Positions 38,764-51,615 of a DNA stretch of 64,000 nucleotides are shown in pieces (position 1 is the first letter of the stretch; every line of letters starts with the position of its first letter). Origin of the DNA: Podarcis bocagei (taxonomy: Eukaryota); the NCBI GenBank assembly GCA_964188305.1, contig OZ076894.1, one strand, 5' to 3'. Position numbers and translations under genes: made by a program. A model generated the notes under the pieces. The model searched no databases, was not told the DNA's origin, and was given only the letters and a program-made list of their open reading frames with translations.

Positions 38764-40019
38764 TCAAAAGAAATCCAAAGTGCTAACAGTTCTGAAAGGA
38801 AGATATGACTCTGTGCTCTGAGCATAGCAATTCCTCTCTCTTTTGTTCACTCCTCACCTTCCACACACCTTGGAGAACTGCTTCATAGTTCTCTCCAATA
38901 TCTTCTTTGTGATTGCATTTTTTATTATTGTAAGTTTTAAAACACTGTTTTTAATGCATTTCAAATTGTTATAGCCTGCCTTGGGACCTTAGGGTGAAAT
39001 CATCTCCATCCTTTCTTTTCTCCAAGCCAAGGTTAACCATTGTCTGGCACAATGGGCTGATTTGTTCCATCTCAGCTATTTTCTTTCTTTGATGTGGACA
39101 CCTAAATTAGATCCCTTGAAGAAAAAGGTAACTGATGGGTCAGGTTTTTATAAAGAGTCCCGAGTATCAACAGTTCTTAAAGGTAAAACCACCTCGCAGA
39201 TTGCATCTGTTTCCACCCATTTAAGGTGTAGTACAAACTAAACATTCCTTTGTAAGCATGCCCAGAATGCTAGATTAACTGCAAAGGTCCTGACCTTTAG
39301 CGACGTTTGGTGGCTGAGCACTTTCATTGAAGTCACTAGAAACTAAGCCTGCGTCTCATTGCCACACAATTGCTGTGCACCTGGCAGGAAAACAAGGCAT
39401 AGCAAAAAGACAACATGTGTTTTCCAGGTTATCAATGCCTCATTAACACCCACAAGAAGGTCCTAAGAGTTCAGGTTTATTAAAGCTTTTGTATGCTTCA
39501 TTATGCATCTCACAATCAAAGCCAATTTCATGCATTCCGGGGATTTGGTTGTTTTGTTTGCTGTATACAGTGAAACTAATGTGAGAATTTAAACTTGTGA
39601 CTCAAGCAAAAAGAAGTCATTGCTGGCTCTAACTAGTGGAGTGTTTTTTGGGTTCATTAGCTAATCCCTCGTCACAAAAACTGGGAAGTCAAGTTTAAAT
39701 CTCTGCCTTTAAAAGCAGCCATTCAAAACCCACTTGCCAGATTACCCTCTGAATGAAATATTTGTACAATCTATTCTAGGACATTTGTTAGAATCATAAC
39801 AGACTCAGCTTCTTTTATTTGCGTTTTGTGTGTGCGCGCATGTGTGCATGTGTGGACACATGCACACATGTACGAGGGATGTGCATCTGATTGTGACAAA
39901 TCCTGAGGTGAAGTGGAATCTGTATGAGGTTTCACAGGTCTAGGTATTACCAAACTTAAAACCATGGAGAGACCTGGTCTGAATAGAGACGTTGGATTCT
40001 TATCTCATTATACATGATA

Positions 40020-40319
40020 AAGCTATTTATAGCCATCTGACCCCTTGCTTTTTCCTGTAAGACCAATTGCCATCAACAGGTTTACCACACCTATCAGCCA
40101 ATCACCCATTCCCACCACCCTTCTGAGTAATACCCCTCCCCACCCTCTCACTATATATAAGGGTCTGGTGACTTCTATTTCAGTGTATCTGGAAAAGTGT
40201 GCATGCACACAAAAACCCATACCAATAGCAAACTTAGTTGATCTCTAAAGTGCTACTGGAAGGAATTTTTTTATTTTGTTTCGACTATGGCAGACCAACA
40301 CGGCTACCTACCTGTAACT
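40020..40319 (+). mobile_element. Penelope-like element (Neptune-type) 3' end/pLTR with a decayed hammerhead
   Basis: TATA-like ctatatataag, then gtat-CTGGAAA-a-gtgtgcatgcacac-AAAA-accc-atac, then 'ttagttgatctctaaagtgctac...cagaccaacacggctacc', the layout I recall for reptile Neptune pLTRs. Confidence 0.7.
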
Positions 40320-41101
40320 AGGTCTAAGTATGTCCCCCAAAGTGTTACATGGCACTTTCGTGATTCAAACATCATGCAATTAATACAGGTAACAAAAAAT
40401 GGAAAGACAAATTGCATGTTTCTTTTTTAAAGCACACTTAAATTGGCCATTTTTATTTCAAAGAGAAAGCAAGCCAGAGAAGCCAGATCAAAACTTTGCT
40501 CTGGGTTTGGATTGAGCCTGAAAATGCTGCCATTGCTATTTGCTCCTGAAAAATGCTATTTCTATCCTGCACTTCCTCAAAAAGAGCCCGGAGCAATGAA
40601 CTACAATACAATTTAACATAAAATAAGGAAAAACATTTAAAAGCATTAGCAATGTTACATATTGTTAGATGCATCCCCCGCCCCAATTCTTTGCCTAGCA
40701 GTGCATGAAATTCCTGCAGCATTGGCCTCCACTGGGGTCTGTGTTCCTTTGGAGAAATTAAATGTATCTTAATGATATAAGGTCTATATTATACACATAT
40801 ACAACTTTTGGTTGTATAATAAGGCACAATATGGTTGATAAGACTCTGGGGCCAATTTTAGCCCTTTGAAAGTAGTTTTGCACCTTAATCTTGAATATTT
40901 GTGTCTTGTGTTATCTTAAAGCAGTATTAGAGCAGCATCTGTATAATAACAGGGAGGCCATGGTTATTGGCATTGCATTGGCAATGTGTAAAGCACATCT
41001 TCATTGATTGTGAGATGGAGCAAGTCATAGGATCAAGCTGCTGGTCTTCCTCTCGCCGCCCCCTTCTCCCGCAACAAAACCATGAAAGTGACAATCTAGC
41101 A

Positions 41102-41237
41102 CAGGCATAGGCAAACTCGGCCCTCCAGATGTTTTGGGACTACAACTCCAATGATCCCCAGCTAACAGGACCAGTGCTCAGGGATGATGGGAATTGTAGT
41201 CCCAGAACATCTGGAGGTCCAAGTTTGCCTATGCTTT
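41102..41237. mobile_element. Palindromic hAT MITE (136 bp)
   Basis: Inverted sibling of 16080-16215; TSD atctagca/gtctagca. Confidence 0.9.
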
Positions 41238-42279
41238 GTCTAGCAGTTTCATATTCAGTTACCGGTATTTTGAGAAAGGGAGAATATACGCACTTAACTT
41301 TCTTATTTTATATGGAGAAAGGTAGCAAAAGGGCATGTCAGATTGATGGTACTAGTGACATCTTAAATTCAATCTAAAGTCTAGAACAGTTATTAAAACA
41401 ATAAAAAGCAGTGCAGACTGTTGAGCTCCACCCAAGTACTCCATCTGATTTTATTTTTTTATTTTTTAATGTCAGAAAGCTCCAGAGAAATGCCAGAAAC
41501 GAAGAATTCATAATCCTGTGCTCAAGTATATTGAAGTGTAATGGTACTGCTGGAACATGATTAAGACAAAAATAGAAGTTACATAAACAACACATCGTGA
41601 CCTCTTTTTAACTTGATTAGAGTTTACTAGAATACCATCCTTCAGCAAAGGGCCCATCAAGCCAAAAAGAAATGACTAAAGCTATGACTTTCATGAAAAA
41701 TATGTGGCTTCGAGAAGATAACCAGAGATGGATTAAAACTAGATTGTGCACCAAGATAGTTAAACACAACTAGATTAATGTGTAAGCAGAAATTTAAGAT
41801 CTTTTTTTTAAAAAAAATAGAGTGTATTCAGGTCTACTGGGAATTTTGTGGACAGACTGACAATGAGGCTGTGTCTAGACACATCAAAGAAGTGTTTCGG
41901 TTTAAAGTGTAAATTTAAACAGGGAAAACAGGCAGAGAAAAATGGGATTCCACACGGCACAGTGTTATGTCGCACATACAACACATATAAATCGCTTTTT
42001 CTTTACCAGTCTAGCTGAGTCCTGGGAGAAAGTAGAAGGGATAGGTATAGACCACTGAGATCTTCTCGTGTGCATGTAGATTTGGAGCAACATCTGTTGT
42101 AAAGGAAAGGTTTTCAGTGGATTGTGACCATTATCTAGATCAAAGATTCTAGTTAAGCTTTTTTTTCCTGATTCCTTGTTGCTCAGAAGTCAACAGGGAA
42201 CACATTTCTGTTGATTCTTCAGAAGTTTTCCTAAAGGCAGGTCTTGGCATCCCAGGGCCCCATTATGGCAAACACTCTT

Positions 42280-42975
42280 GGATGAAATGGATTGTCCTCA
42301 CCCATTTCAATCTGGGCTTCCAGTCTGCTTAGGAAAAGGCCATAGCTCACCAGTAGAGCATCTGCTTTGCATGCAGAAGGTCCCAGATTCAATACTCACC
42401 ATCTGCAGTTAGGATTGGGAGTCTTCTGCCTCCCAGGATTGCCACTGCCAGTTAGCATAGAAAATTCTGAGCTAGATGGACCAATACAAGTCAGCTTCCT
42501 ACAAGTCAATCCTGTGTTATAGGACTAAATTGACATTGGTTGCCCTGATGGATTACCTTAATCCGGAATAGGTCGGGGGAGTGCAACCCTGTTGTCTTTA
42601 TTTGATTTCTCAGTGGCTTTGAGACTATTGACTAGGCTATCCTCCTGAACCAACTAGGTGAGATGAGTATTGGAGACTCTGTTTTATTATTATTCCAGTC
42701 CTATCTCGGGGGTCAGTTTCTGGAGCCATCTCTAGACTAGAGTCCCGGGTGACCTCAGTGTACAGGAGTGCCTTTTACAAGCTTCATATAGTAAGTCAGC
42801 TACGGCTGTGGGGCTACTCCTGGTTGGTCCATAAGCTGCAAGTTACAGCTAATGAAAAACAGAGTGGCTTAGCTGCTCGCTGGGATGGGTAATCACCATA
42901 TCATGTTAAACCACTGATGAAAGAATTGAACTGACTGCTTATTAGCCACCTAGCTAAGGTCAGGATGCTGGTACT
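42280..42975 (+). mobile_element. Fragmented L2 LINE RT region, interrupted by a SINE
   Basis: 'ctgttgtctttatttgatttctcagtggcttt...actattgac' resembles LLVLLDLSAAFDTID. Confidence 0.55.
42331..42501 (+). mobile_element. Squam3-like tRNA-derived SINE
   Basis: 'ggccatagctca...gtagagcatctgctttgcatgcagaaggtcccagattcaat' head and 'ctgagctagatggaccaat...cagcttcct' tail. Confidence 0.75.
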
Positions 42976-42981
42976 GGTATA

Positions 42982-43122
42982 CAGGCATACCCCGGGGATA
43001 TTGCAGGTTTGGTTACAGACCACTGCAATAAAATGAAGATCGCAAGAAAGCGAGTCACACAATTCTTTTGTTTCCCAGTGCATATAAAAGTTATGTTTAC
43101 ACTATACTGTAGTCTGTTAAGT
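42982..43122 (-). mobile_element. Tigger1-like transposon terminal fragment
   Basis: TA, then caggcatacc..ggggatattgcaggtttggttacagaccactgcaataaa...gcgagtcacac...tttcccagtgcatataaaagttatgtttacactatactgtagtct, closely resembling the Tigger1 terminus as I recall it. Confidence 0.8.
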
Positions 43123-43899
43123 CATGCCCCCCTGGCACAGGGATGGTCAGGGGGAAATCCAACCCTAGCATGCTCCTCTCTCATGTCCAGGAGAAGGGGG
43201 CCAGCTTGCCTGCAGCTGCAGCTGCATCCTTATAAGGAGCAATATCCTGTGAAGCACAATAAAGCCTCTCCCACCCTAAACTCTCAGCTTCATTCCCTGA
43301 AAAAGCAGAGTCTGATCCCAGGGTCATGATACACTATCCATCTTCCGTTGCCTGACTAGGCTCCCTTGTAAAGGTGAATACTAATTAATGGTAGAATATA
43401 TAGGAGGGGGGAAGACTAATAAAAGTAACTTAAAATGTCATATAACTGGTGAGGTTTTTAAAATACAGTGAAGAATTATGTACCAACTTTGCTCCCAAGA
43501 TAACAGTTAGATAAACATGCATATTTATACAACCCTGGGAAAAAATATAGATGCCAACTTCCCACTGAATGTCTGGTGTAGTCTCTGGCCAACAGTGTCA
43601 CTAAGGTTTACAGACAGTGCAACTATGGAAATCAGAGTTTCCCAATGTCCCAAACTCAAATCATTTTGCTATTTCTCTGATGATGAAAGCCTGCAGGCCA
43701 AAGATCATTGCCAGGATTTTGGCTAAGAGACATAAAAAACTCATGTGTTAGAAATGCCATCCTTAAGTGATTTTGAAGTGCATCATGATACTAATACTTA
43801 ATCTGGGCTTTGGGCCTAATACCTATATTTCACAAGGGAGATTTTTTTAGCCCCAGTTTCACATTTAACCCTCAATAGCTGCAGTCTCAGTCCTTTGTA

Positions 43900-44141
43900 C
43901 AGTGGTACCTCAGGTTACATACTCTTCAGGTTACATATGCTTCAGGTTACAGACTCCACTAACCCAGAAATATTACCTTGGATTAAGAACTTTGCTTCAG
44001 CATGAGAACAGAAATTGTGCTCTAGTGGCGCGGTGGCAGTGGGAGGCCCCATTAGCTAAAGTAGTGCTTCAGGTGAAGAACAGTTTCAGGTTAAGAACGG
44101 ACCTCCGGAACAAATTAAGTACTTAACCCGAGGTACCACTG
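43900..44141 (-). mobile_element. pogo/Tigger-type MITE, family A (242 bp)
   Basis: Near-copy of 21690-21931; TA TSD. Confidence 0.92.
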
Positions 44142-45878
44142 TATATTGGACAGAAGGTCTGAAGGGGGATTCTTCACAAATACATGTAGTCTTCTCCCTG
44201 CCGATGGGAACCCCAATTACAGAGTCCCCCAATCATGGGGACTTTTCTAAGCATACAACCTCTGCCAGCCACTTCCACTCCAAATGGCAAAGTTGGGGCA
44301 GCAGCCAGCAGCGCCAGAGCATGCATTCCCCATATGCTCTACCCACCCACCCCAATCTGTTCTTTGAATGCCCCAAGAGGGCTATGATTGGCAATTATTC
44401 AAGTGAAAGGCAACCACTTGAACACGATCCAGCCAAAATGAAGAACATTTCAGCTCCCTTTGTTTCAGTGGGGGAACATGCTTAATTCTCACATTTACTC
44501 AATAGGAATTAAAAGTGCATTGCTTTAGTTGAACTATGACCGTTGTATTTTGTAAAAGCATAAAAGAAAGAAAGAAAAAAGCAAGTTTAGAGCACAATTC
44601 ACTGGGAAGCCTTCCTGCACAAGCACATTTGAAATGAATGTGGCCTTCATAACACCACAAATCCTGTTTATTCCCATGGAATAAATATATACCTTTATAT
44701 ATATTTATATATTTGGATATTTTTCATATATTTAAGGCATTCATGCAAACATTGCAAAACTCTACAGCATTAAAGCCACCAGTTTTGAACTACAGTGCTT
44801 GAATTCTCTTAATCATTACATTCAGAATCTGCTACTATTGTTTTATGGTTGTACCCAAAATTAATAGAACGCTTGTTTTCCCCACACATGCATAAGCACA
44901 ACATGAAACTAAACATCTGGGACTAGGTAGTGAAGTTCTTTCAAGATACTGAAATTCTAATGGTCCCCAGTAGTTATAAATCAGCTCATTACTTTAATGC
45001 CTTTTCATCACGTTACCAAGAGGACTTCTACTCTGATTACTACAGCAAGAGGTTCCCCCTCCCCGTTAGAGATTGTTGATTGATTCTGCAACATAAAGAG
45101 TAATGAATTTGCGTGCACTGTGAGATGAGTGATTTACTAGTCACACAGTACTGTGTGGCATTGGTTTTCATGTTGGATATTTGTAATATTTAACCTTAGT
45201 AGCCCTCATGAGGTCAGACCAGAATGATGGATGGAATTGAACAGAGGCTTTTAACATAAATTGTAACATGGGACAATATTAAGAGATGCAAGATATGTAC
45301 ACCATATTCATTGGTATCTGAACTATGGAGTACCTGTGCTGTCAAATAATCACTGAACAATTTGAACAATCTTATACTCAAAGTAGAGGATATGGAGAAA
45401 TAGATTTCATAACAATTGATAATATTAAGAGTGGTTGATTTGTTTTGGCCAGCTGTAATTGAGGAATGCTCATCTGCTGCTTGTTTTGGCTTTATTTTAA
45501 TCTTGTTTTAATTTCTTATACTGTGTTTTTATTGTTTTAATGTAGAAGCAGCTGTGGTTGTAAACTGCTCTGAAATAACCTGGGATAAAGGGTGGCATAG
45601 ACATCTAATAAATAAACTATATGGCCAGTCCGATTTCAGCTTGCTTGGGTTACAGTTCTGCTTTATCCCTTCAGTTCTTCCAGTAAGATTCCAGTCAGGC
45701 TCTGATTAAAGGGAAAGCCTGGTAGAGAAAGGTCCCAAAAATATTTGCATTATTTGAGTGAATCGCTCAGAGGACTGTCCCATGGATTCTTGGAAAGGAT
45801 TGCTGATATAACCTAGGAACTTTGGGGAAGAATTTGTGCTTTTGAAACCCTGACATACAGAATATCACAACAATATGT

Positions 45879-46137
45879 AGAAGAAGAAGAAGAAAGAAGA
45901 GTTTGGATTTGATATCCCGCCTTTCACTCCCCTTCAGGAGTCTCAAAGCGGCTAACAATCTCCTTTCCCTTCCTCCCCCACAACAAACACTCTGTGAGGT
46001 GAGTGGGGCTGAGAGACTTCAAAGAAGTGTGACTGGCCCAAGGTCACCCAGCAGCTGCATGTGGAGGAACGGAGACGCGAACCCGGTTACCCAGATTACG
46101 TGACTACCGCTCTTAACCACTACACCACACTGGCTCT
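45879..46137 (-). mobile_element. Squam2/Anolis-SINE2-like CORE SINE, full length
   Basis: Minus strand begins agagccagtgtggtgtagtggttaagagcgg with a B-box-like 'ccgggttcgcgtctcc' and 'gggtgaccttgggccagtcac', and ends in a (TCT)n tail; TSD caatatgt/caatgtgt. Confidence 0.85.
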
Positions 46138-47442
46138 CAATGTGTGGGTGGGGACTCCTATCATCATGTTTCCTTTTATAGAAACTAATCTCTACCTCAG
46201 CAGCCAGTTTCAATCAAAGAAGATATGTTCATAGGGGAAAAGAACGTAAATCTGTATATGACTTATATACATGCACGTGTGTGTGTGTGTGTGTGCGCGC
46301 GCATGTTGATATAAATATAATCCCTATATTAGCATGATGACTAAGAATGCAGTTTGAAAGGTGATTGTATAACTACCTACATTTTGAATTATCACTGGTG
46401 GCTGTTTTTGCTTTTGCTTTTTGCTTTTTCATCACTGTGTTCTTATGATAATGTCAGAAGTGCGTTGGGCAAATTATGTGTTTGTCTCTCAGCAGAACCC
46501 ATGGGTTTTAAAGGATTTTGAAACTTGTATTTCCTTCTTCCTCTGTAATAGTTTTTGACAAAACGTTATGGGTACAGTCAACATGTAATTGACACACATA
46601 CAAGTTCTGAAACAGATGTGAACAATCCTATTATATTAGTATGGAATTGCAAGATATGCCTACAAAATATAAATATTGCTATATAATTCTCAGTATCACT
46701 CCTTGAAAAATTCCACAGTGGTTTTTATAGGGGGACAGGATGGTAGTTGTTTCATGGATTGTCTTTTTTGCTGGACATCTGTAGATAGTATTCATGTTTC
46801 TTTCCTTTCAAACGCTATATTCAGTACATCATCTTCTTCATTATGAAAATACAAATATCAATAGAAGTTTCAAATTTATCTCCCATCCCTATGTCCAACA
46901 GGTGTATGTGTGGAGGGAACATGCAAAGATGTTTGAGTATCATTTCCAAATCCAAGTGCATGTGTGTATACAACTGCAGGCCTACACAAGAAGAAAACCA
47001 GTGATCAGTATTGTAACTGGACTTTTCTTGTGATAAAGGGTATATCAAGGAATAATCCTTCTAGAGGCACTCTGTGCTCTTTCATTGTCCTCTACATTTA
47101 TGGTACATCTGACATACCTATGTCAGAAAGGTACCCTGCCTTTCATTTCTACTACCCTTTACGTTACAATTAAACATGAGGATTATTATTTGTAAACAGA
47201 CTGTAAGACTGAGAAAACGGTGACATGAAATACTACCTTCATTGTTCTCTGATAAGGTCAGTAGTTCAAATGACACACGCATTGGAGCAGCTTTTAAAGC
47301 AGAGTTTAATATACAAACCCATATGTACCCATTGTGATGGGTTCTCTTATGTACACGGCTATCAGGTGCCCTTTCAGAATATAATTGGGTTGAAGTGATT
47401 TATATCACAATTTCATTAAAAATGTATCAAACTGGGTGAAGA

Positions 47443-47496
<54 letters not shown>

Positions 47497-47518
47497 TACT
47501 ACTACTACTACTACTACA
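47443..47518. repeat. (ATT)n(ACT)n microsatellite
   Basis: Directly visible. Confidence 0.97.
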
Positions 47519-47842
47519 TTCTATTTTGGTCCAGAAAAGGTTAAAGGGGAGAGAAGGGTTTGCAAGCAAGGGTTTGTGTAGGAATACTTTTTCTTTCTTT
47601 TTTTCTCAGTCTCACTCAGTTTTATTGCACATAGCCAAAGGCTGCCGCAATGTACACAGAATTATTTGACAATTAAAAGAAAATATGCTGAATTCATAAG
47701 ACTTTAAACATTTATATTATTAAATACAAAGATTTTTGTTGTTACTGCTGACAGCCCACTTATTTAAAACCAGAAACATCAAATTTATACAGCACAGTTA
47801 ATAACAAGGTGGTAGATAAATGCAGCATTAATATTTTCTAAA

Positions 47843-48030
47843 GTCATGCCTGCAGAAGGAAAGATGGCAGGAACCCCAAAGACATGCTCTATGGGGGGCT
47901 GGCTTTGGGCACCAGGCCCATTGGCAGACCAACTTTGTCTTACAAAGATGTCTGCAAACATGACATGAAGGCTGGCAACGTTAACCCCGCCTGTGGGAAT
48001 CCCTTGATCACAGTGCCTGGAGACAATCAA
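47843..48030 (+). mobile_element. RTE-clade LINE fragment (distinct from the BovB copy)
   Basis: Manual translation HACRRKDGRNPKDMLYGGLALGTRPIGRPTLSYKDVCKHDMK...DHSAWRQ matches the RTE ORF C-terminal motif. Confidence 0.85.
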
Positions 48031-48096
48031 GTTGTGTATCCATAACTTTCGTGTTTCACCTCACGAGGCCACCCCTGAGTAGGACTGAGTGAACAC

Positions 48097-48097
<1 letters not shown>

Positions 48098-48142
<45 letters not shown>
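48098..48142. repeat. (AT)n microsatellite
   Basis: Directly visible. Confidence 0.97.
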
Positions 48143-48146
<4 letters not shown>

Positions 48147-48875
48147 TTCCATTTTACAATATACGTTCACATCATAACACTCCATTTTATGTCCCCATCT
48201 CTTTAGAGCCTGTCAACTTCTTTCCCTCCCACCTCATGGCTTTCACAGTTAACCTTTATATCATTGTGATTTGCACGTTTTCCAATTCAAGTTACACACA
48301 TTACAAAATAACTCAAAATTTAAATAAATATAAAGGTAAAGGGACCCCTGGCCATTAGGTCAAGTCGCAGACAATTCTGGAGTTGTGGCACTCATCTCAC
48401 TTTACTGGCTGAGGGAGCTTCCAGGTCATGTGGCCAGCATGACTAAGTTGCTTATGGCAAACCAAAGCAGCGCACAGAAATGCCCCTGACCTTCCCGCCA
48501 GAGTGATACCTATTTATCTACTTGTACTTTGTGTTTTTGAACTGCTAGGTTGGCAGGAGCAGGGACCGAGCAATAGGAGCTCACCCCGTCGCTCATGACA
48601 AGTCTTCAGACAACCCTGCTAGTGATGTTAATTGCTTACAATGATCTTTCAGATATCGTATAAATTTACTCCAGTCCTTTTGGAATGCTTGATCTTGCTG
48701 GTTTCGGATTTTTCCTGTCAGCTTCACCAGTTCTGCAAAGTCCATCATCTTCATCTGTCACTCTTCTTTCGTTGGTACTTCTTCTTGTTTCCATTTTGGG
48801 GCTAAAATAATTTTTGCCACAGTTGTTGCATACATAAACAGACTTTTATCTTCCCTTGGTATCTCTTCACCCCAT
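48143..48875 (-). mobile_element. L1 LINE 3' end, interrupted by a Sauria SINE
   Basis: Manual minus-strand translation of 48872-48662: GEEIPREDKSLFMYATTVAKIILAPKWKQEEVPTKEE*QMKMMDFAELVKLTGKIRNQQDQAFQKDWSKF, typical of a squamate L1 ORF2 C-terminus. Confidence 0.8.
48331..48591 (-). mobile_element. 5'-truncated Sauria SINE
   Basis: Colinear with the copy at 18906-19257; (ACCTTT)n tail. Confidence 0.9.
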
Positions 48876-49308
48876 GAACGCAGCAGTTTCATCTAGATTC
48901 TGATTCCCCATTCTTCAATGTCTACCCATTTTTGCCTTTTCTGTTGGCAATGCTCATGTAACAGCTTGTTTCATCAGTTCAGGAGAATTTAGCAGCAGTC
49001 TTATCCTACCCAGTGGGTGCAACTCAAGGACTATAAATTAATTTCCACCTGGGAAAAAGTCTACTCTTTGGCAAAGTGAATAGATTATATATTTAGGTTC
49101 TAAATATAACCAGAATCTGTTTCATGCCAGTTTTCCCTTGTAATCTAAACTATAAATGAGTGTTTGATGATTGCCTTATAGACTGTTAAAACAAGTATAA
49201 TTGCCACATTCCTTTCACAGGACACGTGCCTTGAATGCCTATTTTCACAGGGCAGGCTCAAAAAGGAAATCGAAAGAGGACAGATCATTCCAAAACTAAA
49301 TACATTCA

Positions 49309-49462
49309 AAGTAAATTAAATACACTCACAGAACAACATTAATAATCCCACCATTCAGGGCTTTGATGCCTTGTGCTCACTAATGGGTGAATGGAGAAGC
49401 TTGCTCAAAGTCCTGAATGGTGGGATTATTATTGTTATCCTATGAGTGTATTTAATTTACTT
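49309..49462. repeat. Long imperfect inverted repeat (~58-bp arms, 38-bp loop)
   Basis: aagtaaattaaatacactca...aataatcccaccattcagggctttga pairs with tcaaagtcctgaatggtgggattatt...tgagtgtatttaatttactt. Confidence 0.85.
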
Positions 49463-49859
49463 GAGCCCTTTTCATGCATGGATCAAATGCCTTTTTCACT
49501 GTGCTATTGCCCTCATACAATTTGACAAGTGAGGTTCTTATAGTTTCTAAATATAATGCTTAACACTAGACAGTTATAGTTTTTGCAGGCATACTTTGTG
49601 AATGACCCAGTTTATGGCATAGCTCTAGTTACTGCTTTACTTTTTTTTTTTTTTTTTGAACTCCAAGTAAGCAGTAATTAATATAAATTATGGAAAATAA
49701 ATTGTCTACTCCTGCCAAAAGCAATTTTCACATTAATGGAAATATGCAATAGCTTGACAAAGTAGCTCATCATAAATAGAACTATGATAAGATGCTAGTT
49801 GTGTTGTCTTTATGTGCACATACATGCAAAAACAGCCAATGGAGCTGCCATCTTTACAT

Positions 49860-50220
49860 TTTTATTATTTTATTTTTATTTTTATTTATTAAGTTTGTCA
49901 GTTGCTTTGTCTTGCCCAGGACAACCCAAAGCAATTCACAACCAACCAAATAGACAATAAACCCCACATAGGTACATTAAAAGCAAGAGGCAAAAGAAAT
50001 ACATTTAAAACATCCCACCCACTTCTAAAATGCCACAGATAGTTAAAGGCCAGAGGCCTGATTATAGAGGAAAGTTGGCACCTAAAGTTATATAATGTTG
50101 GCCCCTGGTGAGCCTCCCTAATGGAGAACATTCCACAAATTGGAAGCCACTGCAGAAAAGACTTGTTCTCATGTTGTCACCCTCTGGACTTCTCATGGAG
50201 GGGGCACATAAAGAAGGGTA
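49860..50220 (-). mobile_element. Degenerate L2 3' end
   Basis: (TTTTTA)n tail followed by L2-like 'ttccacaaattggaagccactgcagaaaag'. Confidence 0.5.
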
Positions 50221-51492
50221 TCAATGAACAAGGCTACGTTATGATGCAGTGTGTTTCCCACACAGCATTTTGCAAGTAAATATGGGTGCCATTGGGTCAT
50301 TCAGGCTGTTCCCCTCTCCTTTCATATGGCAGCAAAGCTTTTCTTTTGTTTTAAAAAGCAAAAGGGAGATTACCTCAGTCAATGGTAAGCCACCGTCACC
50401 ACCCTAAAAAAATTCACCTCTGAAAGTCGTCAAAGATCCCCCATACTCAATCATCAGGGCAGAAATTATTCAAGAGGAACTCTTTTTGCTACAGGAATTA
50501 ATATTTGAATACAAAATATTATTTTTCTGTGTACTCAAGTTTATACATGTCTGCCAAATGATTTGGGGTGGCATGGGGACATCCTCTGCACGTCTTCAAG
50601 GGAGCACCAAATTCTTTGTTGACTAACAGGACAACCCCTCTGGAAGTTGCTTCCCATCCCCACCCCCAGTAGCTGTCTGCAAGTATTCAAAGTTTGAGTT
50701 TATTTTGCATCACCCGATGCATGTGCTATGATGTGGCTTATTGCCTTTGGTAGAAGGACAGATCTCGTGTTCTATTACCTTTCCCTGCTACTCACACCTG
50801 AGACAACTGCAACACAAGAAAATAAATAAAAATGTGCTACATATGCAATTGGGCGACCAATACTGTTTCCAAGATTGAAATAAAACCAATCACAGACTGT
50901 ATTGTATGTTTTTAAAGTTGTTCATATTATAACACCGGATGAAAATGTTTAGTGACGCATGCAAACATTTCATTTAGATTTATTTGTTAGAAGGGAGGTG
51001 GGGAAGCTTGATTAATTGTAGTGTCACCTGAAAAAAGTGACCACTCCACTTACTACAAGCATTCAAATTGCTGGTTGCCAGGAGTGGAAGATTAATGTCA
51101 TCATGTTTCCTGTGTATTACAGAGAGAAAATACATGCTCTGCATTCTTTTAAGTTTTATTGTATATGTTGCAATGGCCATAGATATCACACACTGCTGCA
51201 GCATGGGGTTTTCATTACCAGGCTTCACAAGGCTTCTACTGTGTTGTGTTCAGAATATTCTTTTAAAATTTGCAAGGCAATTTAGATGTCTTTCGCACGT
51301 TAGTGACAGTGTGGTTAGTGAATGGACAAACAGGCCTGTGATATTCAAGAAAGAAGTCACATGCCCAATAATAGTATTATATTTACTGAGTATCACTCTC
51401 CTCTGTCTTTTTCCCTGCTTGAAACGGTAACAACATATTGACCATAAACTATACAACGTGAATCATCGTAACATGCAATGTTGTATCTAATG

Positions 51493-51615
51493 CAGACCCG
51501 GAAAGTTGTCTGTGGACAAACGCTGGCTCCCTCAGCCTGAAGCAAGATGAGCACCCCATAGTCGCCTTTGACTGGACTTAACTGTCCAGAGGTCCTTTAC
51601 CTTTACCTTTTACCT
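51493..51615 (+). mobile_element. Sauria-type SINE 3' fragment
   Basis: 'ggctccctcagcctgaagcaagatgagcacccc...tcctttacctttaccttt'. Confidence 0.7.
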
